Source of the DNA: Savagea sp.
GTDB lineage: Bacteria; Bacillota; Bacilli; Bacillales_A; Planococcaceae
Direction of reading: 5' to 3'
NCBI GenBank assembly: GCA_030152585.1
Contig: JASLJC010000057.1
Location: 27,637-91,636, forward strand
DNA: 64,000 nt
Part shown: positions 9,686 through 19,960 of the stretch, one piece after another
Numbering within the stretch: the first letter of the stretch is position 1
Layout: every line of letters starts with the position of its first letter
Made by a program: the position numbers and the translations under genes
Notes under the pieces: generated by a model
The model's input: only the letters and a program-made list of their open reading frames with translations
Database searches by the model: none
Told to the model about the DNA's origin: nothing

Positions 9686-10510
9686 TCAATTTTCCCAAAA
9701 CGTATCAAATACGGTAATCGGTAAGTGGCGTTTATGGCGTGAATTCATATAAAGTTGTTCGATTCGCGCGGCTTCATGCGGCGCTACACGTTTTCCTTCC
9801 AAATAATCATCAATCGCCTCATACGTCACACCGAGTGCTTCTTCGTCAGGGATCGCTGGTTTTTCTTCTTCTAAGTCAGCTGTTGGTACTTTCATATATA
9901 AATATTCCGGACATTGCAATTCGCGTAGTAAAGCACGCCCTTGTCGTTTATTTAATCGATAAATTGGCATTAAATCCGCTCCGCCGTCACCGTACTTCGT
10001 ATAAAAACCAGTGACTGATTCGGCTGCGTGATCCGTACCGAGAACGACACAGTCACGTGCTGCACCGACAGCGTATTGTACTTTCATCCGTTCACGTGCT
10101 TTTTCGTTTCCTTTTTGGAAGTCAGTTAGTGTAATACCGGCTTTTTGTAACGACTCGACGCTCGCATCAACAGCGGGTTTGACATCGACTGTTAACGTTT
10201 CAGACGGTTGGATGAAATGAAGTGCCGCTTGACAATCGTCTTCATCAAACTGCTTGCCGTACGGTAAACGAATCGCAATAAATGTATAACGACGACTACC
10301 TTCTTCGTTTAACTCATCGACCGCCATTTGAGCCAATTTTCCGACGAGTGTCGAATCTTGACCACCTGATATGCCGAGGACGAATCCTTTAACGAAAAGA
10401 TGTTGACGGGCGTAACGTTTTAAAAAATCGACCGAACGACGAATTTCTTCTTGTGGATTAATCGTTGGCTGCACGTATAAAGCGTCGATAATTTCGCGTT
10501 GTAACGTCAT
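9686..10510 (-). CDS. nadE: ammonia-dependent NAD+ synthetase
   Basis: [43 protein letters not shown]; no glutaminase domain. Confidence 0.96.
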   Translation of the reverse strand: MTLQREIIDALYVQPTINPQEEIRRSVDFLKRYARQHLFVKGFVLGISGGQDSTLVGKLAQMAVDELNEEGSRRYTFIAIRLPYGKQFDEDDCQAALHFIQPSETLTVDVKPAVDASVESLQKAGITLTDFQKGNEKARERMKVQYAVGAARDCVVLGTDHAAESVTGFYTKYGDGGADLMPIYRLNKRQGRALLRELQCPEYLYMKVPTADLEEEKPAIPDEEALGVTYEAIDDYLEGKRVAPHEAARIEQLYMNSRHKRHLPITVFDTFWEN

Positions 10511-11992
10511 TTACTCATTTCCTTTCTCTTGAATAAATTGTTTCACTTTTTCGCGTACTTGTTTAATATGGTTCATTTTATTATCCCAACACGCTTGGCT
10601 TAAATCGACTGGATATTCTTCTGGATTTAGCGAACGCTTATATTCATCCCACAATAAATTTAAATTAGACGTCGCATATCGTTGCATCTCTTGGACGGTT
10701 GGACTTTCGTAAATGACACGTCCTTTTTCAACGACATGTTTATGCAAGTCAATCGCTTCAAAATGCGTCACCGTTTTCGATAAATACGTATGAACCGGGT
10801 GGAACATAAACAATGAATTTTCTTTCGACGGATCTTCGTCTTTCATCGTAATGTAATCCCCTTCTGCTTTTTTCGTCTCTTGGTTAATAATGCGGTATAC
10901 TTTTTTCTCTCCGGGTGTCGTCACTTTTTCCGCATTGGATGAAATTTTAATCGTATCTTCCATTTCGCCGTGCTCGTTTTCAATCGAGACGATTTTATAT
11001 ACCGCTCCTAATGCGGGTTGATCGTATGCTGTAATAAGTTTCGTACCGATTCCCCATGAATCGACACGTGCGCCTTGTGATTTTAAATTTAAAATCGTCG
11101 CTTCGTCTAAATCGTTTGAGACGACAATTTTCGCCTCCGGGAAACCTGCTTCATCTAACATACGGCGCGCTTCTTTTGATAAGAAGGCGATATCGCCACT
11201 ATCGAGACGAATCCCGAGGAAGTTAATTTGATCACCTAGTTCTTTGGCAACTTGAATCGCCGTCGGTACACCGATTTTTAACGTATCGTACGTATCGACT
11301 AAAAAGACGCAATCTTTATGACGACGTGCATAGGCATGAAACGCTTCGTATTCACTGCGATAAGCTTGTACCATCGAGTGCGCATGCGTTCCGGAAACCG
11401 GAATATGAAACAATTTTCCAGCGCGAACGTTACTCGTTGATTCTAATCCTCCGATAATCGAAGCACGTGCACCCCAAAGTGCCGCATCCATCTCTTGTGC
11501 ACGGCGACTCCCGAACTCCATAACGACTTCTTCTTTCACAATTTGTTTAATTCGACTAGCTTTCGTCGCAATGAGCGTTTGATAATTGACAATATTTAAT
11601 AACGCTGTCTCGACGAGTTGTGCTTCTGCTAATGGTGCTTCTACGCGAACGAGCGGCTCTCCTGCGAAAACGAGTTCGCCTTCTACGACAGAATAAATAT
11701 CTCCTGTGAAACGAAGATCGCGTAAGTAAGCGATAAAATCTTCTTCATATCCGACTTCATGTTGTAAATAATGTAAGTCACTTTCTGTAAATTGGAAATC
11801 GCGAACATATGCCAACATTCGCTCGAGCCCTGCGAAGATAGCATAGCCGTTTCCAAACGGGTTTTGACGGAAGTAAATTTCAAACACCGACCTACGATTG
11901 TGCATACCGTCTGCCCAATAAGACTCCACCATATTTATTTGATACAAATCCGTATGAATTGCTAAACTATCATCTGCGTAAATTGAACTCAT
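10511..11992 (-). CDS. pncB: nicotinate phosphoribosyltransferase
   Basis: HTDLYQINM, EFGSRRAQ, GTHAHS, LVDTYD, IRLDSGD; adjacent to nadE. Confidence 0.96.
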   Translation of the reverse strand: MSSIYADDSLAIHTDLYQINMVESYWADGMHNRRSVFEIYFRQNPFGNGYAIFAGLERMLAYVRDFQFTESDLHYLQHEVGYEEDFIAYLRDLRFTGDIYSVVEGELVFAGEPLVRVEAPLAEAQLVETALLNIVNYQTLIATKASRIKQIVKEEVVMEFGSRRAQEMDAALWGARASIIGGLESTSNVRAGKLFHIPVSGTHAHSMVQAYRSEYEAFHAYARRHKDCVFLVDTYDTLKIGVPTAIQVAKELGDQINFLGIRLDSGDIAFLSKEARRMLDEAGFPEAKIVVSNDLDEATILNLKSQGARVDSWGIGTKLITAYDQPALGAVYKIVSIENEHGEMEDTIKISSNAEKVTTPGEKKVYRIINQETKKAEGDYITMKDEDPSKENSLFMFHPVHTYLSKTVTHFEAIDLHKHVVEKGRVIYESPTVQEMQRYATSNLNLLWDEYKRSLNPEEYPVDLSQACWDNKMNHIKQVREKVKQFIQEKGNE

Positions 11993-12185
11993 GTTAAACT
12001 CCTTCTTCCGTTCATTATATTTGCCTTATTATACATCATTTTGCCTTGAGCTTCTAAGTTTTGAACGTTTTTTGTACGAATTGTGTGTAATATACGAATA
12101 CCCGAATCGTTTACAGACAAACGAAATCGCTTCTTTTTTAACCGATCGATGACATTTTTTATATGAAACACGACAAAAAAGCACG

Positions 12186-12220
12186 AAAAAATCCATGGAG
12201 ATGTTTTCTCCATGGATTTT
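12186..12220 (-). terminator. perfect-stem intrinsic terminator
   Basis: AAAATCCATGGAGA / TCTCCATGGATTTT, 14-bp perfect inverted repeat. Confidence 0.8.
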
Positions 12221-12399
12221 CTCGCACCATCAACCAAGATCATTGCGTCTATTACTATTTTTTATAAATGAAAAGGATTAACCCTACACCTAAAATGATA
12301 CCATACTTTTTAATTTTCTCAACTAGTTACACTTAATCTATAGGACGAAATAGCAAATCATCGTCTCATTTCGAGAATAGGGTGTTATTTTTTTACTTT

Positions 12400-15213
12400 T
12401 TAGTAAAGCGCACGATAAAGGAAGACTGAAAAATCACTTCTTGAAATCGGTGATGTCGTATCAAACTTTCCGTGTCCGACACCTTGGGTAATGTCATTTG
12501 CAGCAAGTGCGTTAATTGCATCATGCGCAAACGATCCTTTCGTATCTGTAAAATACGACTGACCGTCACCTTTTAAAGAAAAGGCACGTTGTAAAATCGC
12601 AGCCATTTCGGCACGCGTCAATTTACCATTCGGGTCAAACATTTTCCCGCCTTCTTTTCCACGGATAATCCCTGCTTCTGTCACTGCTGCAACTTCTTTA
12701 TAAAACGTCATCGTCGGCGCCATGTCCGTAAACTGAGGATCTTTCACGTCGGATACGTCTAATTGTAAGGCGCGCGCAATTAAAATCGCAGCTTGTTGAC
12801 GTGTTAAATCTGTATACGGTTTAAAATGACCACTTGGGAAACCACTAATGACGCTACCTTGCACGAGTGTTCGAATTTCGCTTTCTGTTCGGAATTGAAC
12901 GCTCGTATCGTGGAATAATCCTTCATTCGGCACTTTATGTGTCGACACTTTCAACTGATCGAACCAAAGCGTTCCAGTCGTTTTCAACGAATCCGTCGGT
13001 TGTGTGACGTATATCTGTGTCAACGTCCAAACATCTTTCGTATTCGGTAATGTCGCAACGACGTAATTCCAACCGTTCCATGTCAATCCTTTATTTTCTG
13101 TGAAATTAATCGTCGCAGTTTCACCGGCTTCATTTTGAACCGTTCCACGTACCCATAATTGACTTTTATCTCCGAACAATCGAAGTGTTACTGTTTTCGC
13201 ATCTTTTCCTAATGGAAACGGTCGATTCGGTGCAATATATGTCGCAGATGTACCGCTCGTCTGTCGATGATCATACGTTAAACCGAGTGCTCCTTTTCCA
13301 TCAAATGATGGATCTTTTTTCGTATATGGAACGAGTGCTCCTTTTCCTCTGACAGAAGAAGTCGTCCATTGGTTTTGATTGAAATCATCCAATAAACGAT
13401 CGTTCGTTGCTTCTCCGACTGGATGTGCTTTCGGCTTTTCAGGTTTTGATGGAATTGTCGGTTTTTCGTTTACCGTTCCATCGGTCACTGTCACTGTATA
13501 CGTAACATTCGTCGTACCGAGCGTTGCTTTAATCACCGTTTGTCCTTTTTGAATCGCTTCTAACGTTCCGTTCGGATGAATACGAACATTTGCATTCGAT
13601 GCTGTCAGTTGAAGTTGAGCTCGGTCATAAATGACTGGTTTTCCTTTGTCGTCTTGTGCAACGACATCGATCGCTACTTTTTCACCCTTTTTTAACGTTT
13701 TCGGCATTTGAAGCGTTAACGTTTTCGGACCGTCGACGACAGTTAGTGGTAATGTCGCGACGTTTTTTCCATTCGCTGTAATTTGAAGTGGCGTGTCGAC
13801 AAACTGTGATGTATCGAATGTGCCATCTCCGATTGGTTTCCCGTTAAGTTGGACGTCGCTCGATTGAAATGGGACCGGGTTACCGTATTCATCAAGCCCG
13901 CCACGAATCTCTACTTTTCCTTTTGCTCCTTTAACGTACGTTCCTTCACGCTCTAACGCTACGATGACTTCTTGTAATGTCCCTGTCGGTGCAGTCGACA
14001 AGGCAAATAATGTTGTAGAAACGGCACGTTCAGTTCCACTAGATGGACGATTCGCTAAAACGACAGCTTCCATTCCACGTGGACGTATGGCCATCGTCGT
14101 AGAACCTCCTCCATCTAATGATAAAAGATGTTCGATACCTTTATTTTTATAATACGTTGCGACTTCTTTAAACGTCATCCCTTCGCTTTTCGTTTGACGT
14201 CCATCGACAGTTAACAACTGAACCGTTTGACCATCATTTCGGACACCGACGAGTGTTCGAGGTGCTCGTTGTGTCCAACGCGTTCCTTTATTATCAATAT
14301 TCGAACGAAACTCACCATTTTCTAATAAATACGGACCCGCTGCTAACATAAATGAAGCCCCGCGCCATTTCGGATCTACGTCTGTACGGAACGTTAACAC
14401 GGCTCCTTTTGGAATGTTTTTAAGTAATGTCGCTTGTGTTCCATGACCAGACAAGACGTAACCGACCGATGGAATATTAGGTGCATATTTGTCGTTACGC
14501 TCACGTTTCCCAATCACTTTTGCACGTACCGTCTGGCCAAATTGCAACGTCGTATCATGTGATGGTTCTAAACTTTCTAAAATTAACTCTACTCCTAATT
14601 CGTTCGTTTCCGTTTGGTCTTTTGCAAAACGAGGTGTGTACAATATGAGATCATTTTCTGTTCGGTTTTTATCCGTACTCGTCACATCGTAAGTTATACC
14701 GTCATATTCCATTTGAAGTGTTAATTCGTAAGGTGCTACGAGTGCTTTTCCATTTTTATCGATTCCAAATGCAATCGGCTCTGCGACATATCCTTCTCGG
14801 TCGGAAGAAACGATTCCTGCGTTTAAAAGTTCATCGTTTTCAGCGATTAAATGCATCGGTAAATAATGTTGTTCACTTCCCCAAAAATACGAACCGTTCA
14901 CAGCACCGACGACACGTTGGCCTACTTTCGTATAACTGTTCGCTTGTAGCGTCGTTGCTTTTAAACGGCCGAGCTTATTCGGCATATTTTTATCAAAAGG
15001 ATAATGTACACGGACTTCCGTATAAGGATCCTTCAAATCAACCGTCAACTCATTCATCACTTGTGGCTTTCCGTTATACGTCGTCTCCGTCTGTTCGTAC
15101 GTCACACCGTTTGACAACTTCGTCTGTTCGGCAAATGCCGCTTCACTTCCAAAGGCTACAATCGTCGTCATCGCGGCTACAGCAACTATTCGCTTTACTA
15201 CTTGCTTTAACAT
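12400..15213 (-). CDS. secreted phosphodiester glycosidase (NAGPA-like) with Ig-like and CBM-like regions and C-terminal SLH domains
   Basis: Signal peptide; GAVNGSYF, APRTLVG, TVDGRQ, LDGGGSTT, ERAVS motifs; LTRQQAA / LTRAEMA / ISRSDF SLH repeats. Confidence 0.88.
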   Translation of the reverse strand: MLKQVVKRIVAVAAMTTIVAFGSEAAFAEQTKLSNGVTYEQTETTYNGKPQVMNELTVDLKDPYTEVRVHYPFDKNMPNKLGRLKATTLQANSYTKVGQRVVGAVNGSYFWGSEQHYLPMHLIAENDELLNAGIVSSDREGYVAEPIAFGIDKNGKALVAPYELTLQMEYDGITYDVTSTDKNRTENDLILYTPRFAKDQTETNELGVELILESLEPSHDTTLQFGQTVRAKVIGKRERNDKYAPNIPSVGYVLSGHGTQATLLKNIPKGAVLTFRTDVDPKWRGASFMLAAGPYLLENGEFRSNIDNKGTRWTQRAPRTLVGVRNDGQTVQLLTVDGRQTKSEGMTFKEVATYYKNKGIEHLLSLDGGGSTTMAIRPRGMEAVVLANRPSSGTERAVSTTLFALSTAPTGTLQEVIVALEREGTYVKGAKGKVEIRGGLDEYGNPVPFQSSDVQLNGKPIGDGTFDTSQFVDTPLQITANGKNVATLPLTVVDGPKTLTLQMPKTLKKGEKVAIDVVAQDDKGKPVIYDRAQLQLTASNANVRIHPNGTLEAIQKGQTVIKATLGTTNVTYTVTVTDGTVNEKPTIPSKPEKPKAHPVGEATNDRLLDDFNQNQWTTSSVRGKGALVPYTKKDPSFDGKGALGLTYDHRQTSGTSATYIAPNRPFPLGKDAKTVTLRLFGDKSQLWVRGTVQNEAGETATINFTENKGLTWNGWNYVVATLPNTKDVWTLTQIYVTQPTDSLKTTGTLWFDQLKVSTHKVPNEGLFHDTSVQFRTESEIRTLVQGSVISGFPSGHFKPYTDLTRQQAAILIARALQLDVSDVKDPQFTDMAPTMTFYKEVAAVTEAGIIRGKEGGKMFDPNGKLTRAEMAAILQRAFSLKGDGQSYFTDTKGSFAHDAINALAANDITQGVGHGKFDTTSPISRSDFSVFLYRALY

Positions 15214-15342
15214 ATGTTCGTCGCTCCTTCACTCTTCTTTTTCGCCATTATACCATACACACGATCTCCAACACGTCAAAAAGAAGGACCGGCATTCGCC
15301 GAAGCCCTTCTTTTTATACAAGTGAAAATCGTTCCCACTTTT

Positions 15343-16824
15343 TTATTTCAAATCGATTAATGTTCGACCTGTTTCTTTTTCTTTTGCACGCGACAATAAA
15401 ACACCGAGTACGATATAAAAGTACATCGTAAACGTTTTATCTTCCCATATGTTATAAATTAAACCGCTCCAATATGTTGCCATTAAGATAGCAAACATCG
15501 GTAACGCGATATAAAAGTCGCGGCGATATTTCCAAAACGTCCAAAGCATGCCTAGTAAGAAGACCGCAAATAATAATACACCGACGGCTCCTGTCTGTGC
15601 AATAATTTGGATGTACTGATTATCTGAATAAATGTTCACATCAATGCCGTATTGTTCATAAATCGGCGATGAATATGATTTCGATGCTGAATCTCCGAAC
15701 GTCGCAAAACCACTACCGAGAATCGGATAGTCTAAAAAGACTTCAAATCCTTTATCGACAATAAATAGACGTCCTGTCGTTCGACTTTTTTCTAACGTGC
15801 CTTCATCGAATGTTTCTTTTATCCGTGCTTTTTCAACTTCTGCTATACTTTCGCCGAAGTCTTCTGGTGTTCCTGTTCGTTCGAAATCACCAATCGTCGT
15901 ATTTTCACTAATCCATTGCGCACTGTACGTCACTGGTGTTACAACGAAAACGAAACCGAGCGCAATATACATTAAGGAATGAACGATAAATTTGAAGCGA
16001 CGTGTAATGAGGAAGTACGTCACAATTCCGACGACATACGCAATCCACGTCCCACGGCTAAACGTTAAAATCCACACACCTGAAAGGGCAATTAAAAAGA
16101 TCGATAACGTATATTTCCACATACGTTGTTTCGCAAAATATTCACGTAAAACGTAACCCGCCATTCCAGCGAATGACAAGTATACTGCGAGTACGTTCGG
16201 GTTATTTAACAATCCGTAAATACGGCTCGCATTGTTCGGTGAAAGTTGACGATTGATCCATCGTTCGGGCATCCATGCCGAACGCATCGACAGTTTTTCA
16301 ACGAGCCCTTGAACAATAATCAGTAAAGCGACAACGACTGTTACGGCTAAGAAGCGGAAAATATCTTCTTTCGTAATATGTAGACGCTTCACAATGTATA
16401 AAAGTAAAAAGGTAATGACGAATGCGCGTAATTGGAAAATAATCGCTCCGATTGAAACGCCTGTCATGAAGCCGGAAATAGAACCGACGAGTAAAAAGGC
16501 GATAAAGGCCCATTCGAATGGTTCAAAGCGGAAAAGTGATTTGAGGTCGCGACGTGATGCCCATACGATACGAAGTAAAACGACGACGATTACTAAATCA
16601 CCGACGAGCTTTAAACTCGGGTTCACTTCCACTAAAAATGAACGCATCGGGTAATAAAAGAGTAAAAAGAAAATCGTATCTTTCGGACGAAGCCATGCAA
16701 TAATAGCAATAATTACTGTTACGGCATATGCAACGTATGTCGAAGGAACGAGTAGCGCGAAAACGACGAGTGCAACTGCAACGAGTGTCCCCATCATCTC
16801 CTTCAAGTGAGGTGTGATATTCAT
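15343..16824 (-). CDS. O-antigen ligase / Wzy-like polymerase family membrane protein
   Basis: About 12 TMs; RIYGLLNNPNVLA, LTFSRGTW, PILGSGF, DNQYIQIIAQTG motifs. Confidence 0.85.
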   Translation of the reverse strand: MNITPHLKEMMGTLVAVALVVFALLVPSTYVAYAVTVIIAIIAWLRPKDTIFFLLFYYPMRSFLVEVNPSLKLVGDLVIVVVLLRIVWASRRDLKSLFRFEPFEWAFIAFLLVGSISGFMTGVSIGAIIFQLRAFVITFLLLYIVKRLHITKEDIFRFLAVTVVVALLIIVQGLVEKLSMRSAWMPERWINRQLSPNNASRIYGLLNNPNVLAVYLSFAGMAGYVLREYFAKQRMWKYTLSIFLIALSGVWILTFSRGTWIAYVVGIVTYFLITRRFKFIVHSLMYIALGFVFVVTPVTYSAQWISENTTIGDFERTGTPEDFGESIAEVEKARIKETFDEGTLEKSRTTGRLFIVDKGFEVFLDYPILGSGFATFGDSASKSYSSPIYEQYGIDVNIYSDNQYIQIIAQTGAVGVLLFAVFLLGMLWTFWKYRRDFYIALPMFAILMATYWSGLIYNIWEDKTFTMYFYIVLGVLLSRAKEKETGRTLIDLK

Positions 16825-16994
16825 ACGTGTAACCCTTTCTTCTAGTTATTCATACAGTTTCAAAGTATAACATAACTTTTTATCAAAAAACAGACAGAAT
16901 GAAAGGCGTTGCCCCCTGACTTTGACGGACAAACGTCTTCTCTACGCTACGAAAAAAGAACGTCGCGAGCATGACTCGAAACGTTCTTTTTTTC

Positions 16995-18851
16995 TTACTG
17001 TTGAACTGGATCAAACATCGTCGTCACGAACGACTCATACCATCCTTCGTATGCTGGATGCGGATCAGTTGCCATATACCATAACATGTCAGTCGCTTGA
17101 TATAACATAAAGCCTCGTTCTTTCACGTGGTAACGTTCTGCCATTTTTAAATAAAGGTCAAATGTGCTGCGTGCTTGCTCGACCATCGGATAATTAATAC
17201 CGTATGAATCAATTTCAAATACGATACCCGCTCCGTGAACTTGCGCTCCTAAATAAGCACGGTGAAGTCGATCTTCTTTATTTTGTGTCGCGATACGGAA
17301 TGCATTTGGCTGTAAATACGCCATATCGAACCCGTAACGTTCCCATTTATGGAAATTTGTCGACGTTGCATGTGGCGAGTAGACGAATGACAACCCTTTT
17401 TGCTTCAGTTGTCCGTTAATACTCGACGTGAGCACTTCATCGTCTTTCGTTCGCACCGTCTCACTTAACCAATAATATCCTTTTAACTGTAAGTTTGAAA
17501 AATCTTTTTGTTTCATTTGATGTTCAGTTTCTTTTAAATAGTATTGCACTAAATCGAAACGATTGTACACACTCGGTGTTACTTCACGACCGTCTAATTT
17601 TTCAATCATACCGTCGCGTTTTGGATACGGTATCGTTAAATACACATCTACTTTTCGATTATTTTTTTTCGCAGATTCGTTTAACTTATGCAAAATACCG
17701 TCGCGTTCATCAAATGTACGCTCGATATATCGTTTCCAATCCGCATAATTCGCCTCATTAGACGGTCCATCAATAAACATATTTCCTTCTTCATTGTAAC
17801 GCATACCTTTAATAATAAATGTATCGAACAATGAATACGTTTGATTGTTGATCGTTGCTTTCATATATGGATCGAACGATTGAGGAATACGTTCATTGAA
17901 ACCGTTGTAAAGTAAAACAGCTTTTTCAATCTCTGTTTTATTTTGGCTACCGATTTCATCGCTAAACGGTTTGAACGGGTTGCTTACCGGATGAATCGTA
18001 TCGGCTTCATACCAAGACGTATACCGAAGCGCTTCATCGAGTGAATGGAATTGTTTCGATTCTACTCCTTGTTGACGCACTTCGTATTGACGAGGTTCCG
18101 CATAATAACGACTGACGAATGCACTAAATTGTGCACGCGTTACGACTTCATCTAAACGATACGTTCCGTCATTATATCCTGTCGTAATACCAGACATGGC
18201 GATTGCATCGACATACGGATAATATTCGTGATCACGCGGTACGTCAGTAAATGTCGAATCACGTTTACCTTCTAACTGAAACACAGTTGCCAACAATTTT
18301 GACATTTCATCACGTGTTAACGAATCATACGGATGGAAGTAACCGTCTTTTACCGTTAACCACTCTTGTTCAATCGCTTGAATGATTGCTTGAAACCCTG
18401 GTGACGACGGTTTAATATCATACAATGCGGTGCCATCAGCTAATACATACGTCGGCTCAGGTTGTGGTTCAGGTTCTTCTTCTACTGGCTGCTCAACTTG
18501 TTCATGATCGGAAGGAACTTCTTTTTCTCCTTCAACGTCCTCTGGTAAAGGTAGTGGTTCTAAATGATCAACAGGCTGTGTCGCATCGGTTGATTGAACA
18601 CTCGTCGCTGTTGCTTTTTCGAGCGTTCGGGCCATAATGACTGCTGCGTCTTTTCGTTGTAAAGGAATCCCAGGTTTAAATGTTCCATCAACAAAACCTT
18701 GAATAATTTGATGTTTCGCAATAAACTGGATATCTTCATATGCCCAGTAATGATGCGTCACATCTTTAAAAGTAGCTGCCTTCGCTGGTGGTGCGATCAA
18801 CAATGTGATAGCTAGCAAAAAAGAAGCTGTTACGTATAAAAGTTTTCTCAT
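16995..18851 (-). CDS. SLH-domain protein with DUF4855 (putative glycoside hydrolase) domain
   Basis: Signal peptide, three SLH repeats, KGYYWLSE and YSPH...W...GFDMAYLQPN motifs. Confidence 0.8.
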   Translation of the reverse strand: MRKLLYVTASFLLAITLLIAPPAKAATFKDVTHHYWAYEDIQFIAKHQIIQGFVDGTFKPGIPLQRKDAAVIMARTLEKATATSVQSTDATQPVDHLEPLPLPEDVEGEKEVPSDHEQVEQPVEEEPEPQPEPTYVLADGTALYDIKPSSPGFQAIIQAIEQEWLTVKDGYFHPYDSLTRDEMSKLLATVFQLEGKRDSTFTDVPRDHEYYPYVDAIAMSGITTGYNDGTYRLDEVVTRAQFSAFVSRYYAEPRQYEVRQQGVESKQFHSLDEALRYTSWYEADTIHPVSNPFKPFSDEIGSQNKTEIEKAVLLYNGFNERIPQSFDPYMKATINNQTYSLFDTFIIKGMRYNEEGNMFIDGPSNEANYADWKRYIERTFDERDGILHKLNESAKKNNRKVDVYLTIPYPKRDGMIEKLDGREVTPSVYNRFDLVQYYLKETEHQMKQKDFSNLQLKGYYWLSETVRTKDDEVLTSSINGQLKQKGLSFVYSPHATSTNFHKWERYGFDMAYLQPNAFRIATQNKEDRLHRAYLGAQVHGAGIVFEIDSYGINYPMVEQARSTFDLYLKMAERYHVKERGFMLYQATDMLWYMATDPHPAYEGWYESFVTTMFDPVQQ

Positions 18852-18940
18852 TGTTCTTCCTCCATCTTGTAATATATCTATTGTCTACATTTTGACAAAC
18901 TTTGTAAAGCGTTTTAATGCGCAAAGAAAGGAAATGACGT

Positions 18941-19861
18941 ATGAAACATACAAAAAAACGTTCTGTTTGGAAATGGTTCGCCATCATTTTATTATTACTC
19001 GTCGTCGCAACGAGTGCGGTCGTCGGTCTCGTATATTACGAAAGCCAAAAGCTCGCTCGCGGTATTCACGACCCGCTCGACATGGAATCTAACGTCAACT
19101 TGAAAAATCAAGAACCGATGGCCATGCTGCTACTCGGAGTCGATGAACGCCCAGATGATGCCGGTCGAAGCGATACGATGATTGTCGCTGTTGCGAATCC
19201 ACAAAATGAGCGACTCACGTTACTCAGTTTACCACGGGACTTGTACGTAACAATTCCCGGTTACGACCGAAAAGATAAATTAAATCACGCCTATGCAAAA
19301 GGCGGTATCCCACTCACTGTTGAAACAGTCGAAAACGTACTCGACATTCCGATCGATTACGCCGTTCAAGTAAATATGGAAGCATTTCGTGACGTCGTCG
19401 ATGCAGTCGGTGGAGTCGATGTCATCAGTCCTTTAAACTTCGACTTAGAAGGCTATCATTTCGATAAAGGCCCTCTCCACTTAACAGGTGAAGAAGCGTT
19501 GAAATATGTACGTATGCGGAAAGAAGATCCTCGTGGAGACTTTGGTCGTCAAGAACGACAACGTCAAGTACTCACTGCGATTTTACAAAAAGGCGCATCC
19601 GTCCAAGGTGCACTCCGTTACCGTTCGATTTTCGATGCGATTGAAGACAATGTCAAAACGAATTTAACGTTTGATGATTTGTTATCACTTCAAAAACATT
19701 ATAATGGCATTACAAAAGACGTCCAACAACTGTCATTTGAAGAAGAAGGCGGACAACGAATGAACGGCATTTGGTACTATGTCGCCGACGATGAAGAATT
19801 AACGTCGATTCAAAATACGTTAAAAGACGAATTGCATCTTTCTAAAAGAGTCGCACGTTAA
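18941..19861 (+). CDS. LytR-CpsA-Psr (LCP) family glycopolymer transferase
   Basis: N-terminal TM, LLLGVD, GRSDTMI, SLPRD, KLNHAY, YVRMR, GDFGRQERQ. Confidence 0.93.
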   Translation: MKHTKKRSVWKWFAIILLLLVVATSAVVGLVYYESQKLARGIHDPLDMESNVNLKNQEPMAMLLLGVDERPDDAGRSDTMIVAVANPQNERLTLLSLPRDLYVTIPGYDRKDKLNHAYAKGGIPLTVETVENVLDIPIDYAVQVNMEAFRDVVDAVGGVDVISPLNFDLEGYHFDKGPLHLTGEEALKYVRMRKEDPRGDFGRQERQRQVLTAILQKGASVQGALRYRSIFDAIEDNVKTNLTFDDLLSLQKHYNGITKDVQQLSFEEEGGQRMNGIWYYVADDEELTSIQNTLKDELHLSKRVAR

Positions 19862-19907
19862 TACGATTTAACTGTAAAAAACAGATAAATATTAGGAAAC
19901 AATTCCA

Positions 19908-19952
19908 CAAAAAAAGCAGGTGAACGTTATAATAGACGTTCGCCTGCTTTTT
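19908..19952. terminator. bidirectional terminator
   Basis: AAAAAGCAGGTGAACG / CGTTCGCCTGCTTTTT between convergent genes. Confidence 0.8.
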
Positions 19953-19960
19953 AAGTTCGT

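Noticed and set aside
11989..12243. 84-aa minus ORF upstream of pncB
   Set aside because: No RBS, runs through a terminator and the pncB promoter.
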